From Eledone cirrhosa (lineage: Eukaryota): a DNA stretch of 64,000 bases. Made by a program: the position numbers and the translations under genes. The first letter of the stretch is position 1, and every line of letters begins with the position of its first letter. Under the pieces are notes generated by a model that was given only the letters and a program-made list of their open reading frames with translations, was not told the origin of the DNA and ran no database searches. The stretch spans positions 119,660,001-119,724,000 of the forward strand of contig OZ024740.1 of NCBI GenBank assembly GCA_964016885.1, given 5' to 3'. Positions 53,308 through 64,000 of the stretch are shown here, piece after piece.

Positions 53308-56230
53308 TATAAGAATGGCAGGATTTACTTGTGCCCTCGGACAAAACTGGTAATGTATACATGCTTGACCGTTTTACATACAACGACTGCATCGGGAAAG
53401 AGATTAGGAAAAATTACAGGACCACAGGACAGGACAACTTAGATAACATTAACGCCACGACCAAAAGAATAATGACCGGGCTAGGGATAGATAATAAGAC
53501 CGAATTATATGTACTTAGAAAACCTTGGATATCTATTAAGGATCATAAATTAGACTTTAGAACTAACCTACCGGTTAGCACCCTCCAAATGCGACATAGG
53601 TAGGACCACCAAGAATATCATAGACAGGATACTACCGGTCCTTCGAAACAAAACTAGGCTTAGCTTATGGACCTCCACTAAGGAGATAATTGACTGGTTC
53701 TCGTTAATAGGTAACAAGCAGCAGGTAAATTTTATTCAATTAGACATAGATAATTACTACGCGTCAGTATCTCCTGTAATAGTGAACAGGGCCCTCATGA
53801 GCGCCATGGCCAAGTCCAACCTCACTAGGGAGGAGGCTAACCTCATAGTAGCACCTAGAAAGATGCTAATTAGACTCGAAGACAAATTATGGGAGGGGAG
53901 GGACAGACCCGACAATTTCGATATCACCATGGGATAGAGCGACTCGGCGCAGGTGACCGATCTGGTGGGGATCTATCTCCTTCAAGGATTAGCGGAGGAG
54001 ATCCCAGGGATCGGCGGAGGAATATACAGAGACGACGCACTTTTCACCTTCCGTTCCCTAAACCCCAGCCAGATGGAGCATATGAGGAAGCGCATAGCGC
54101 ATTTTTTTAAGCAACACGGCTTATCCGTGACGATAGATCCTAGCACTAAGACGGTGAATTTCCTGGACGTTACCCTGGAAATGAATACGGGCATCCACCG
54201 ACCTTATCACAAGCCCAATGAGAACCTGCAATACGTGAACAGGCAATCGAACCATCCCAGGTCAGTCATAGAAACAATAGTTAAAGGAGTATCAACAGCA
54301 CGCCGAATATTAAAATGAGGCACTGCGCAGGGTCGGTTACACAGACAGCATAGTGTATACCCCAGCCAGGGAAGAGCCTAGCGCCGAGGCATGCAGATAC
54401 GGCAATAGCGGGGGCACTTCCATAAGTAGTAGAAATGACTCGGTACTAGTCTCTAAGAACACGAGTAGCAACACAGTTCACCTTAATGACACAGGACCGA
54501 CAGTAGGACGGACGAAGGCACGCATGGGAGCTAGACCACCAAGTACACGTAGGCTTGGGCCCGGCATCCACACTACTTGCATCGCGGTAACTGGGACTAG
54601 GGACAGAGTAACGACAAGTACGGCCGTGGCACTCGATAGAGAGAGCATCTGGCCTGGTAGTGGTGGTATAGAGCTGACAGCAGCACCACATAGCTTTAAA
54701 GTGACTAACAGTAGAACCGACTACAATATAGAACGGAATACCTTAGTAAGTGATAGGCACAATCTTGACGCCCACAGCAGGCACACAGATAGAGACAACA
54801 TAGGAGACGTAATTATGGGCGGGCAAAACCCGAGACGGACATCAGACCCAGGGCACATTCACACGACTACACACACACGAAAGAACAAGACTAGATCTAA
54901 GGCCATTACATGGTTTAACGCGCCATACTTTAAGCATGTACGTAGCAACGTGCCAGGGCTTTTTTCCAAGCGTTAGACGAGTGCTTCCCGCCGTCGAACA
55001 AATACCACAAGATATTCAACCGCCACACGGTGAAGTTTTCTTTCTCCACAGCACCTAACATGGCCGACTACATGGCCAAAACCAACGCGGTAAAGATGGG
55101 GAACATCGACCGTCAACTGCGGCGGCAGAACAACCGTCTGTGGGAGCGTGGCGGACCCTTCGGGGACCGGACTCCGAATAACAACCCAGCCCCCGAGGCG
55201 GCCGCCACGCCCGCGGAAGGCGATACAATCCAACGCCAGGAGGGTACGAGTGGCGAGGGGGAGATCACCGTGCCGGCGGAGTAACACCCTGAGAAGGGTG
55301 AGAGGGCCATAGCACATCATGGTCCAGGCGTCCGAAGTGAATAAAATAACAACAAAACTTGTAACTGCAGTACGGGCACCAAGTGCCCCATACAGGGAAA
55401 AAGGCCTGGTATACAAATGTGTGGTTAGCACCCACAATTTAAAACGCACCTACGTCGTCGCAACATCCACGACCTTTAAATCGCGGATGTATAACCACAC
55501 GAACTCCTTCAAGGACCGAAGCAAGAGGAACTCCACTAGGCTAGCGGAACTGGTGAGGGATCTAAGAGACAAAGGCCCTATCGTTCGGCACGCGAATGCA
55601 TACTCGGCTGGGAGTAGAAAGTGTAAGCTATGCCTATACGAGGCCATGGAAATAGTCAGACTGAAGGGTGACGCGGTCAACCTGAAATCAGAAACTATCA
55701 TGACCTGCAGACACCAGAGAAGGTGCACATTCTCCGCATGGAATCCTCCGGCAAGCCAAGGCTAAGGGCATGCGGCGGAGCACGCGCCAACCAGACCGAC
55801 GAAACGGGTTCAAGGGATCAGACACCATACTCTGATGACATTATATGCTCTGTGGGGTAAGCCAAAATAACCCAAGATGCATACCCGACTCTGCACGTCA
55901 CTCTAGGTAGGAACATCGCCTGAGCCGAGACAGGTTCACCCAGATTCCACGGTCGTTCAGACAAGTACCTTATACTATAGGACAACACACCCCAACTACA
56001 GTGACATACCCCAATATGACCGGGCTACGCGCCGCCATGCATGTGTACCTGTTCAACCATGAGTACATACTCTCCACGTGTTCCATTTTGGAACACATAT
56101 TATTTGTTCCGTACACAGACCTAAGTGTGCATCTTATACTCCCCATATGTACTATATCACACGCATACACGTACCTTTTCCTTTCTCCTCTCTTTTTTTT
56201 ATATATCTCTATGTGACGTTATATGCATAT
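53308..56230 (+). mobile_element. Penelope-like retroelement 3 (Naiad-like), near-complete RT + GIY-YIG, disrupted
   Basis: DKTGNVY, IKDHK, FIQLDIDNYY, FDITMG, GIYRDDAL, VNFLDVTL, WFNAP, VYKC...YVVAT, CKLC, TCRH (coding end 55765); several frameshifts and stops; 3' boundary uncertain. Confidence 0.93.
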
Positions 56231-56282
56231 TTTAATATATTGTATATTTATTTTATTGTTTTCATATGTGTGTATATGCGTA

Positions 56283-56345
<63 letters not shown>

Positions 56346-56366
56346 GTGTATGTATATATGTATATG

Positions 56367-56443
<77 letters not shown>

Positions 56444-56680
56444 ATATATGTGTGTATGTGTATGTATATATATATATATGTGTATATGTTACGTGAATGT
56501 GTATGGATGTATTGTATATTTGTTTTATTGTATATTTATTATATTATATATTTATTTTATTGTTTTTGTATGTGTGTATATGTGTAAGCGTATGTGTGTA
56601 TATATATATATGTGTGTGTGTGTATGTAGATATATGTGTGTGTGTGTGTGTGTGTGTATGTATATGTGTGTGTATGTGTA

Positions 56681-56727
<47 letters not shown>

Positions 56728-56923
56728 GGATACTATTTATGGTTATGTATATACTAAAACTTGTTATAGTTATGTATATTTTAAACCCTAAACAGTGAAG
56801 GTCAATAATTTATTACTACCTTATTACCAGTAAGATAAATAGCTCAATGTAATAACATCAGTTGTTCTACAGAGCAGTTATATAGAATTCACAAGAATCA
56901 AAGCTATGTTCAAAGCATTTATT

Positions 56924-56970
56924 CACTTACAATTGTTTCATCCAAACCTAGACTTTAGGTCTTCGGAGCA
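56924..56970 (-). ncRNA. Type I hammerhead, CCGAAGA (U4C) core
   Basis: tgct-CCGAAGA-stem II-GAAAC-AATT-GTA-agtg. Confidence 0.6.
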
Positions 56971-57564
56971 TTTTTCAATGTTTGTACACATAATTGACCT
57001 CCTTTCCAACGCAAGAGACATACAGATACATATATATATATTGATATACAGTGGAGTGACATATATTATACTATATTATTTCTGTATAGCAATTCAAATT
57101 CAAAATCAAAATCAAGATCAAAATTAAAACCTTCTTTTGCTTCTCCTTTTTATTTTTATTTTTCTGCACACATACTTTTTTATTATATACAAAAAATACC
57201 TTACCACTACAACCACCATAATACTCTTCTTACCCGCTTAAAGTGCTTGTATTACATGTAACACCCTCCCACACACTAATCATATATAAATGAGACACAC
57301 TTGCATAACCCACGTTTAACTAACGCATACACTAACTACTACATCTGACTAACAAACTATCCTCTTGCATTATCTGTGTTAGCTGTCGAATGTATTTTAA
57401 TTTTGTTTTAATTTAAATTTTCATTTTCATTTTGAATTTGAATTGCTATACAGAAATAATATAGTATAATATATGTCACTCCACTGTACATCAATATATA
57501 TATATGTATCTGTATGTCTCTTGCGTTGGAAAGGAGATCAATTATGTGTACAAACATTGAAAAA

Positions 57565-57611
57565 TGCTCCGAAGAATCCGAGCCTAGGTTTGGCTGAAAC
57601 AATTGTAAGTG
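57565..57611 (+). ncRNA. Type I hammerhead, CCGAAGA (U4C) core
   Basis: tgct-CCGAAGA-atccgagcctaggtttggct-GAAAC-AATT-GTA-agtg, followed by AATAAA. Confidence 0.65.
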
Positions 57612-58244
57612 AATAAATGCTTTGAACATAGCTTTGATTCTTGTGAATTCTATATATGTATATATATATATACTTTTAATTATTTTTCTATTTACTTATT
57701 TATTTATTTATTTATTTATATGTGTGTATGTACGCATGCATGTATGTGTATGGATGTATATATTTGGTTACATTGTTTATGCTGGTGCACGTATAACAGG
57801 ATGCATCCTTTCATGGATGACCCTGTATGACATTTTATGCAACTTTATATGACTGTGAGTATATCACATTTGAGTACGGACAGAGATATATGTGTGCGTG
57901 TATGTATCTTTGTAGATGTACGTGTGTGTGTGTGTGTGAGTGTGTGTGTATATGTATATATGTGTGTATAGATACATGTGTGTGTATGTGTGTATGTATA
58001 TGTATATATGTATGTGTGTGCGTGAGTGTGTATGTATATATGTGTGTGTGTATGTGTGTGTATATGTGTGTGTGAGTGACTTGTGAAATACCAAACCCAG
58101 CATGAATTCATTGAAGTATAGCAGCAAATATTGGGCAGAATTTATGAGGACCTAGAAAAACAACAGCTAACAGCAGGACAAGCGAGGAAGATGTTTTTTG
58201 AAGCTAAAACCCTAGTAAGAAAATTTGTTCTGAAATTATTGCCA

Positions 58245-58332
58245 GTGTCCGACGAACCTGCAGTTCTAGAATCAGACAGATCCATACAGTGATTGCGTCT
58301 CGAGCTGTCTGCCGGCGAAACAATTGTAACAC
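58245..58332 (+). ncRNA. Type I hammerhead, CCGACGA core, ~60-nt stem II, in PLE-type 3' end 58080-58456
   Basis: gtgt-CCGACGA-acctgcag...ctgccggc-GAAAC-AATT-GTA-acac, then AATAAA. Confidence 0.65.
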
Positions 58333-58453
58333 GCAATAAATTGAGTCCAGATGCATCACTGATTTTTCGTTTTATATTATATCACACTCTACTCTGTAAG
58401 AACATAGAGTGCTCAATTGATATACCGCCTATGGAAGCATCATAGATACCATT

Positions 58454-58566
<113 letters not shown>

Positions 58567-59209
58567 CTATATATATTAAAATATATTAAATATATATATA
58601 TTTAAGTTATTTAAACAATTGTTTTACATTCGTTTCAGAGAACAAAAACAATTATCTATGTGTAGATTAAACAATAGCAGGTATGTACAGATGAAAACAA
58701 GCACATCAATTCAGCTGCCTATTCCCAGAAACGATTGTTTCTGAGGATATCACAATAAGCATGGAGCCTTTCGTAGAGCCCTGAATGCTTACTCTGCTTT
58801 AGCAGGGGACAATGGTCATATTTATTTTATTCTTGTACTGGTTTCAATCATCAAACTCAGACCATACTGATGCACTATCTTGAAGGCAGTTTGAAAAGCT
58901 ATGTCAACCACATTAATTATTTTTCATGTTTGGTACTTATTTCATCGAATTCTATTTGATGAATCACTATGTTATGGAACTTAAACACCAACATAAATAG
59001 AGACACTCTCATACACATATGTACACATTTATCTGTTGGCTTTCTGATGATTTCATCACTGAATGACAGACCTGTAAACATTGCTTTGCAGTTAAATGAA
59101 ATAAAATACATTCTCTATCTGATATATAGTGACTTGATTTAATTATGATTCCTAAGTATATTTTATACACATATACATACACTCATACACAAATACACAC
59201 ATGTATATT

Positions 59210-59258
<49 letters not shown>

Positions 59259-60197
59259 AAACTAATGCTATGAAAAAAGATTCCTGCTCAATGTGCCATA
59301 GAGTAAGACTAAAAACCACGTCGTTACAAAGCAAACCTCTTAACAACATAGCCATGCCCTTGCCCAAGAAACTTTAGTTATTTATTTCTTGTTTTGTTAG
59401 TTAGAAACTGTTTGAAGGAAGTTTCCATATTTGATGCTTTCTGATATGGACGATGTTTTCAGCACGGAAATATCATTAGCAGAATGTTCTATTCTTTAAC
59501 TGCTAAACAAGAATAGAAGATTTATAAAAGAACACAAAAAATTGAAGTAATCTGTGTCAAGGTGATAATATTTTTTCTCTTTCACATGTATTGAAGTAAT
59601 GTTTAAGATAAAGAAAACATATTTAAAGGGAAGAAGAAAAATGTCTTTAGTACATTACATGAAAAGTAGAGAGAAATAAAAACAAAATATTATTTTTGCT
59701 TATCTGTCCAAGAGCTGAAATGTAGAAGGCAGACATCTAAATAAGGATAAGAAAAACAACTTGTATAAAAGAACGTAATAAGCAGAAGAAAAATTAAATA
59801 AAAATTCAATGAACTTAGTTAAGATAGAAATCATAATATATATGTATATCTGTATGTATGTGTGTATATATACATATGTGATTGTGAGTACGTGTGTATG
59901 TGAAAATAGTGTTAGAATATAGCACAAAACAGACCTAAAGGAATTCAAGCAAGGGAAAGAAACAAACACAGAACAGAAAATGAGAATCAGACAATTTATG
60001 AACGTTTTTCTTTTTATGTACTTTCTATCCACATTCTTTTTTTCATTCATTTTTTTTTTCTAAGTTTCTTATGATGTTTATCTTTTTCTCATACTGTTTT
60101 CCTGTTTACACACTTGTTTTTCAAAGGAAAGCAAAGTAGTGAGAATCAAGTGAGCTTGGGTTGTTGCAGCTTGCATCTTCTTTATTCTTTATCTGTC

Positions 60198-60309
<112 letters not shown>

Positions 60310-60525
60310 AGCTCATCCCCTGTATCTTTCTGGTTTTATTTCTTTCATGTTTTTCAATGAATTGGCATTATGGGAAGCAAATCAAAACAATGTTTTGCAA
60401 AATTAGAATATCTTTTACTTATTGTCACCTTGTCCATTTTATTTATGTATAGTTCACAATATTGTATGTATGTTGCAGTTAATATATATATATACACATA
60501 CATATATACACATATATGTATATAT

Positions 60526-60559
<34 letters not shown>

Positions 60560-60747
60560 GCAATTCAATACATAAACAGAGAAAGCCTTAAGCGATACTC
60601 CGACCAACTCCATATCACTCAACAAACGTTAGGATATACTTAAGTATTATCCCAATTTAGTGTTTGGAGTGCTAACTAATCAGTATTTCGTGGATAGCTG
60701 GTTGTATTATTTTATATGAGACATTATTAAATAAATATCTCTTTCCT

Positions 60748-60871
60748 TCCAGACGGCCGTTTCGTTATAAGATTTCTACAATTTGGGATAAATAATTTCC
60801 AGGTTAAGTAGAAACTTGTATATAATCCATAGTTTTATACACAAGCGGGCTCTTATAAACACATCAGTGGA
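60748..60871 (-). ncRNA. Type I hammerhead with branched ~100-nt stem II (A9U)
   Basis: tcca-CTGATGT-gtttataaga...tcttataac-GAAAC-GGCC-GTC-tgga; palindromic stem III; lies in a ~420-bp segment between TA tracts. Confidence 0.7.
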
Positions 60872-61012
60872 TGCCCAAATAATATCGATATAAGAATTAT
60901 ATCGACATTAATGGAATGGTGATGGTCTCCCTCAGCGCTAAGAAGAGACTGGTAGATTAGAAAAGCCAGCAGTCCTCTCAAAGAAAATATATATATATAT
61001 ATGCATACATAT

Positions 61013-61086
<74 letters not shown>

Positions 61087-61091
<5 letters not shown>

Positions 61092-61160
61092 TTCGAAGCT
61101 CGGAATTTTATCCTTAATAGGATATTTCCAAAAGCGACGAAACCCTAAGGGTAGAAGCGT
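61087..61160 (+). ncRNA. 5'-truncated hammerhead remnant
   Basis: (TA)n-ATGA-gttcg...cgac-GAAAC-CCTAAGG-GTA; CTG and the 5' strand of stem I are missing. Confidence 0.45.
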
Positions 61161-61213
61161 AATCCTGGTATGTGTATATGCATATTTTCTTCTAACTTTA
61201 ATTTTATACCTAA

Positions 61214-62202
61214 CTAGCAGTAAAGCCCGGCGTTGCTCGGGGTCGCTCAGTAGCTGTGTTAAAGTTACAACGTTAAGTTTCTTTCTTGGCTTAAAAACTG
61301 TAGTGTCTACTGTGCAGACTTGCATGTGGTGTTTTTGATTAATATTCCCTCAACCAACAATATGCCTTATGAAGTTAAGAAAACATAACGATAACCCGAA
61401 TGTTATAACAAAAGAGGATGCTGGGGATAGAAACTGCACTGGTTATTTATTAACAAAGATCGAAAATGTAAACACTGCAACGCAGAGAAAAACATTAGCG
61501 TAACCAAATTATCAGTTATGTCTGTCTGCACGCCTATATCACCTCTCTGCACGACTATCTGTCTGCACGCCCATATCACCTCTCTGCACGACTGTCTGTC
61601 TGCACGCCTATATCACCTCTCTGCACGACTGTCTGTCTGCACGCCTATATCACCTCTCTGCACGACTCTCTGTCTGCACGCGTATATCACCTCTCTGCAC
61701 GACTGTCTGTCTGCACGACTGTCTGTCTGCACGCCTAACGACGAAATATTTGCTTGTTTTACGTAGTCTTTAAATAGACTTGTTTTCAAGTAAAAATATT
61801 GTTTTAAAATGCTTTTAAATGGAAATGAAGCAAAACGGAAGCTTAGTGTTCGAACTGATGAATTTTGCAGGTCAATATTTTGCTGGCTCGACAACTGTTC
61901 GTTCGTGTATTGTGTTAATGTCATTTTAAACGCTGAGAAAGCCAGCGTAATTTTTTACGTAAGACGCTCAATGTAAACAGAACAAAGGGAAATAACTGAT
62001 AACTTACGCTCAAAAATCGATACATTATATTCGATTTCGTCACATAGGGTTGGTCAATTTGAAATATTTTTTTTCCGATGTCTTCGCTAGGGCTCAATGT
62101 ACAAGTATAGCAATTTCGGTGCAATTCCGTCAGAGATTCTAAGAGGAGATGTGTGCCAAAAATCGATAGACAGACAGACAACCACAGTTTTATATATATA
62201 GA
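61214..62202 (-). mobile_element. Non-autonomous Helitron, copy 1 (989 bp)
   Basis: Minus strand: 5' TCTATATATATAAAA, (GTCT)n, subterminal hairpin 61226-61241, 3' CTAG followed by T. Confidence 0.88.
61518..61737. repeat. 37-bp minisatellite inside the Helitron (5, 7 and 5 units in copies 1-3)
   Basis: Unit CTGTCTGTCTGCACGCCTATATCACCTCTCTGCACGA; also at 62505-62798 and 63567-63786. Confidence 0.95.
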
Positions 62203-63264
62203 CTAGCAGTAAAGCCCGGCGTTGCTCGGGGTCGCTCAGTAGCTGTGTTAAAGTTACAATGTTAAGTTTCTTTCTTGGCTTAAAAACTGTAGTGTCTACT
62301 GTGCAGACTTGCATGTGGTGTTTTTGATTAATATTCCCTCAACCAACAATATGCCTTATGAAGTTAAGAAAACAACGATAACCCGAATGTTATAACAAAA
62401 GAGGATGCTGGGGATAGAAACTGCACTGGTTATTTATTAACAAAGATCGAAAATGTAAACACTGCAACGCAGAGAAAAACATTAGCGCAACCAAATTATC
62501 AGTTATGTCTGTCTGCATGCCTATATCACCTCTCTGCACGACTGTCTGTCTGCACGCCTATATCACCTCTCTGCACGACTGTCTGACTGCACGCCTATAT
62601 CACCTCTCTGCACGACTGTCTGTCTGCACGCCTATATCACCTCTCTGCACGACTGTCTGACTGCACGCCTATATCACCTCTCTGCACGACTGTCTGTCTG
62701 CACGCCTATATCACCTCTCTGCACGACTCTCTGTCTGCACGCGTATATCACCTCTCTGCACGACTGTCTGTCTGCACGACTGTCTGTCTGCACGCCTAAC
62801 GACGAAATATTTGCTTGTTTTACGTAGTCTTTAAATAGACTTGTTTTCAAGTAAAAATATTGTTTTAAAATGCTTTTAAATGGAAATGAAGCAAAACGGA
62901 AGCTTCATGTTCGAACTGATGAATTTTGCAGGTCAATATTTTGCTGGCTCGACAACTGTTCGTTCGTGTATTGTGTTAATGTCATTTTAAACGCTGAGAA
63001 AGCCAGCGTAATTTTTTACGTAAGACGCTCAATGTAAACAGAACAAAGGGAAATAACTGATAACTTACGCTCAAAAATCGATACATTATATTCGATTTCG
63101 TCACATAGGGTGGGTCAATTTGAAATATTTTTTTTTCCGATGTCTTCGCTAGGGCTCAATGTACAAGTATAGCAATTTCAGTGCAATTCCGTCCGAGATT
63201 CTAAGAGGAGATGTGTGCCAAAAATCGATAGACAGACAGACAACCACAGTTTTATATATATAGA
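62203..63264 (-). mobile_element. Non-autonomous Helitron, copy 2 (1062 bp)
   Basis: Near-identical to copy 1; direct CTAG|TC junctions. Confidence 0.88.
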
Positions 63265-64000
63265 CTAGCAGTAAAGCCCGGCGCTGCTCGGGGTCGCTCA
63301 GTAGCTGTGTTAAAGTTACAATGTTAAGTTTCTTTCTTGGCTTAAAAACTGTAGTGTCTACTGTGCAGACTTGCATGTGGTGTTTTTGATTAATATTCCC
63401 TCAACCAACAATATGCCTTATGAAGTTAAGAAAACAACGATAACCCGAATGTTATAACAAAAGAGGATGCTGGGGATAGAAACTGCACTGGTTATTTATT
63501 AACAAAGATCGAAAATGTAAACACTGCAACGCAGAGAAAAACATTAGCGTAACCAAATTATCAGTTATGTCTGTCTGCACGCCTATATCACCTCTCTGCA
63601 CGACTGTCTGTCTGCACGCCTATATCACCTCTCAGCACGACTGTCTGTCTGCACGCCTATATCACCTCTCTGCACGACTGTCTGTCTGCACGCCTATATC
63701 ACCTCTCTGCACGACTCTCTGTCTGCACGCGTATATCACCTCTCTGCACGACTGTCTGTCTGCACGACTGTCTGTCTGCACGCCTAACGACGAAATATTT
63801 GCTTGTTTTACGTAGTCTTTAAATAGACTTGTTTTCAAGTAAAAATATTGTTTTAAAATGCTTTTAAATGGAAATGAAGCAAAACGGAAGCTTAGTGTTC
63901 GAACTGATGAATTTTGCAGGTCAATATTTTGCTGGCTCGACAACTGTTCGTTCGTGTATTGTGTTAATGTCATTTTAAACGCTGAGAAAGCCAGCGTAAT
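63265..64000 (-). mobile_element. Non-autonomous Helitron, copy 3 (runs off the window)
   Basis: Same 3' end and body. Confidence 0.88.

Larger units (their letters stand above)
56722..57655. mobile_element. Inverted PLE-type 3'-end pair with two hammerheads
   Basis: 56880-57130 is inverted to ~57400-57655; only the left arm continues into a tail. Confidence 0.8.

Overview
AT-rich, microsatellite-dense eukaryotic DNA. The SINE and RTE repertoire suggests an octopus-like cephalopod; this is inferred from remembered motifs, not a database search. No intact host gene could be identified, and most ORF-track entries are microsatellite artefacts. The window holds nested mobile DNA: three Penelope-like retroelements (PLEs; RT plus C-terminal GIY-YIG, Naiad-like Cys motifs), several RTE-clade LINE relics, tRNA-derived SINEs, a mariner relic, a hAT element with an 8-bp TSD, and a head-to-tail non-autonomous Helitron array at the right edge. 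Reading both strands by eye shows more than a dozen type I hammerhead ribozyme (HHR) motifs, several with variant cores or expanded stem II. The most striking signal is a recurring architecture in about eight insertions in (TA)n tracts. Each has two element 3' ends pointing outward: one stops at a short internal TA motif, the other carries an extra tail. In several families the tail opens with a covarying (A/G)CTC...GAG(T/C) hairpin. Related structures are a 304-nt retrozyme-like unit, a mini-element starting at the predicted HHR cleavage site, and an array of a reiterated 36-nt tail. All folds and alignments were done by eye.
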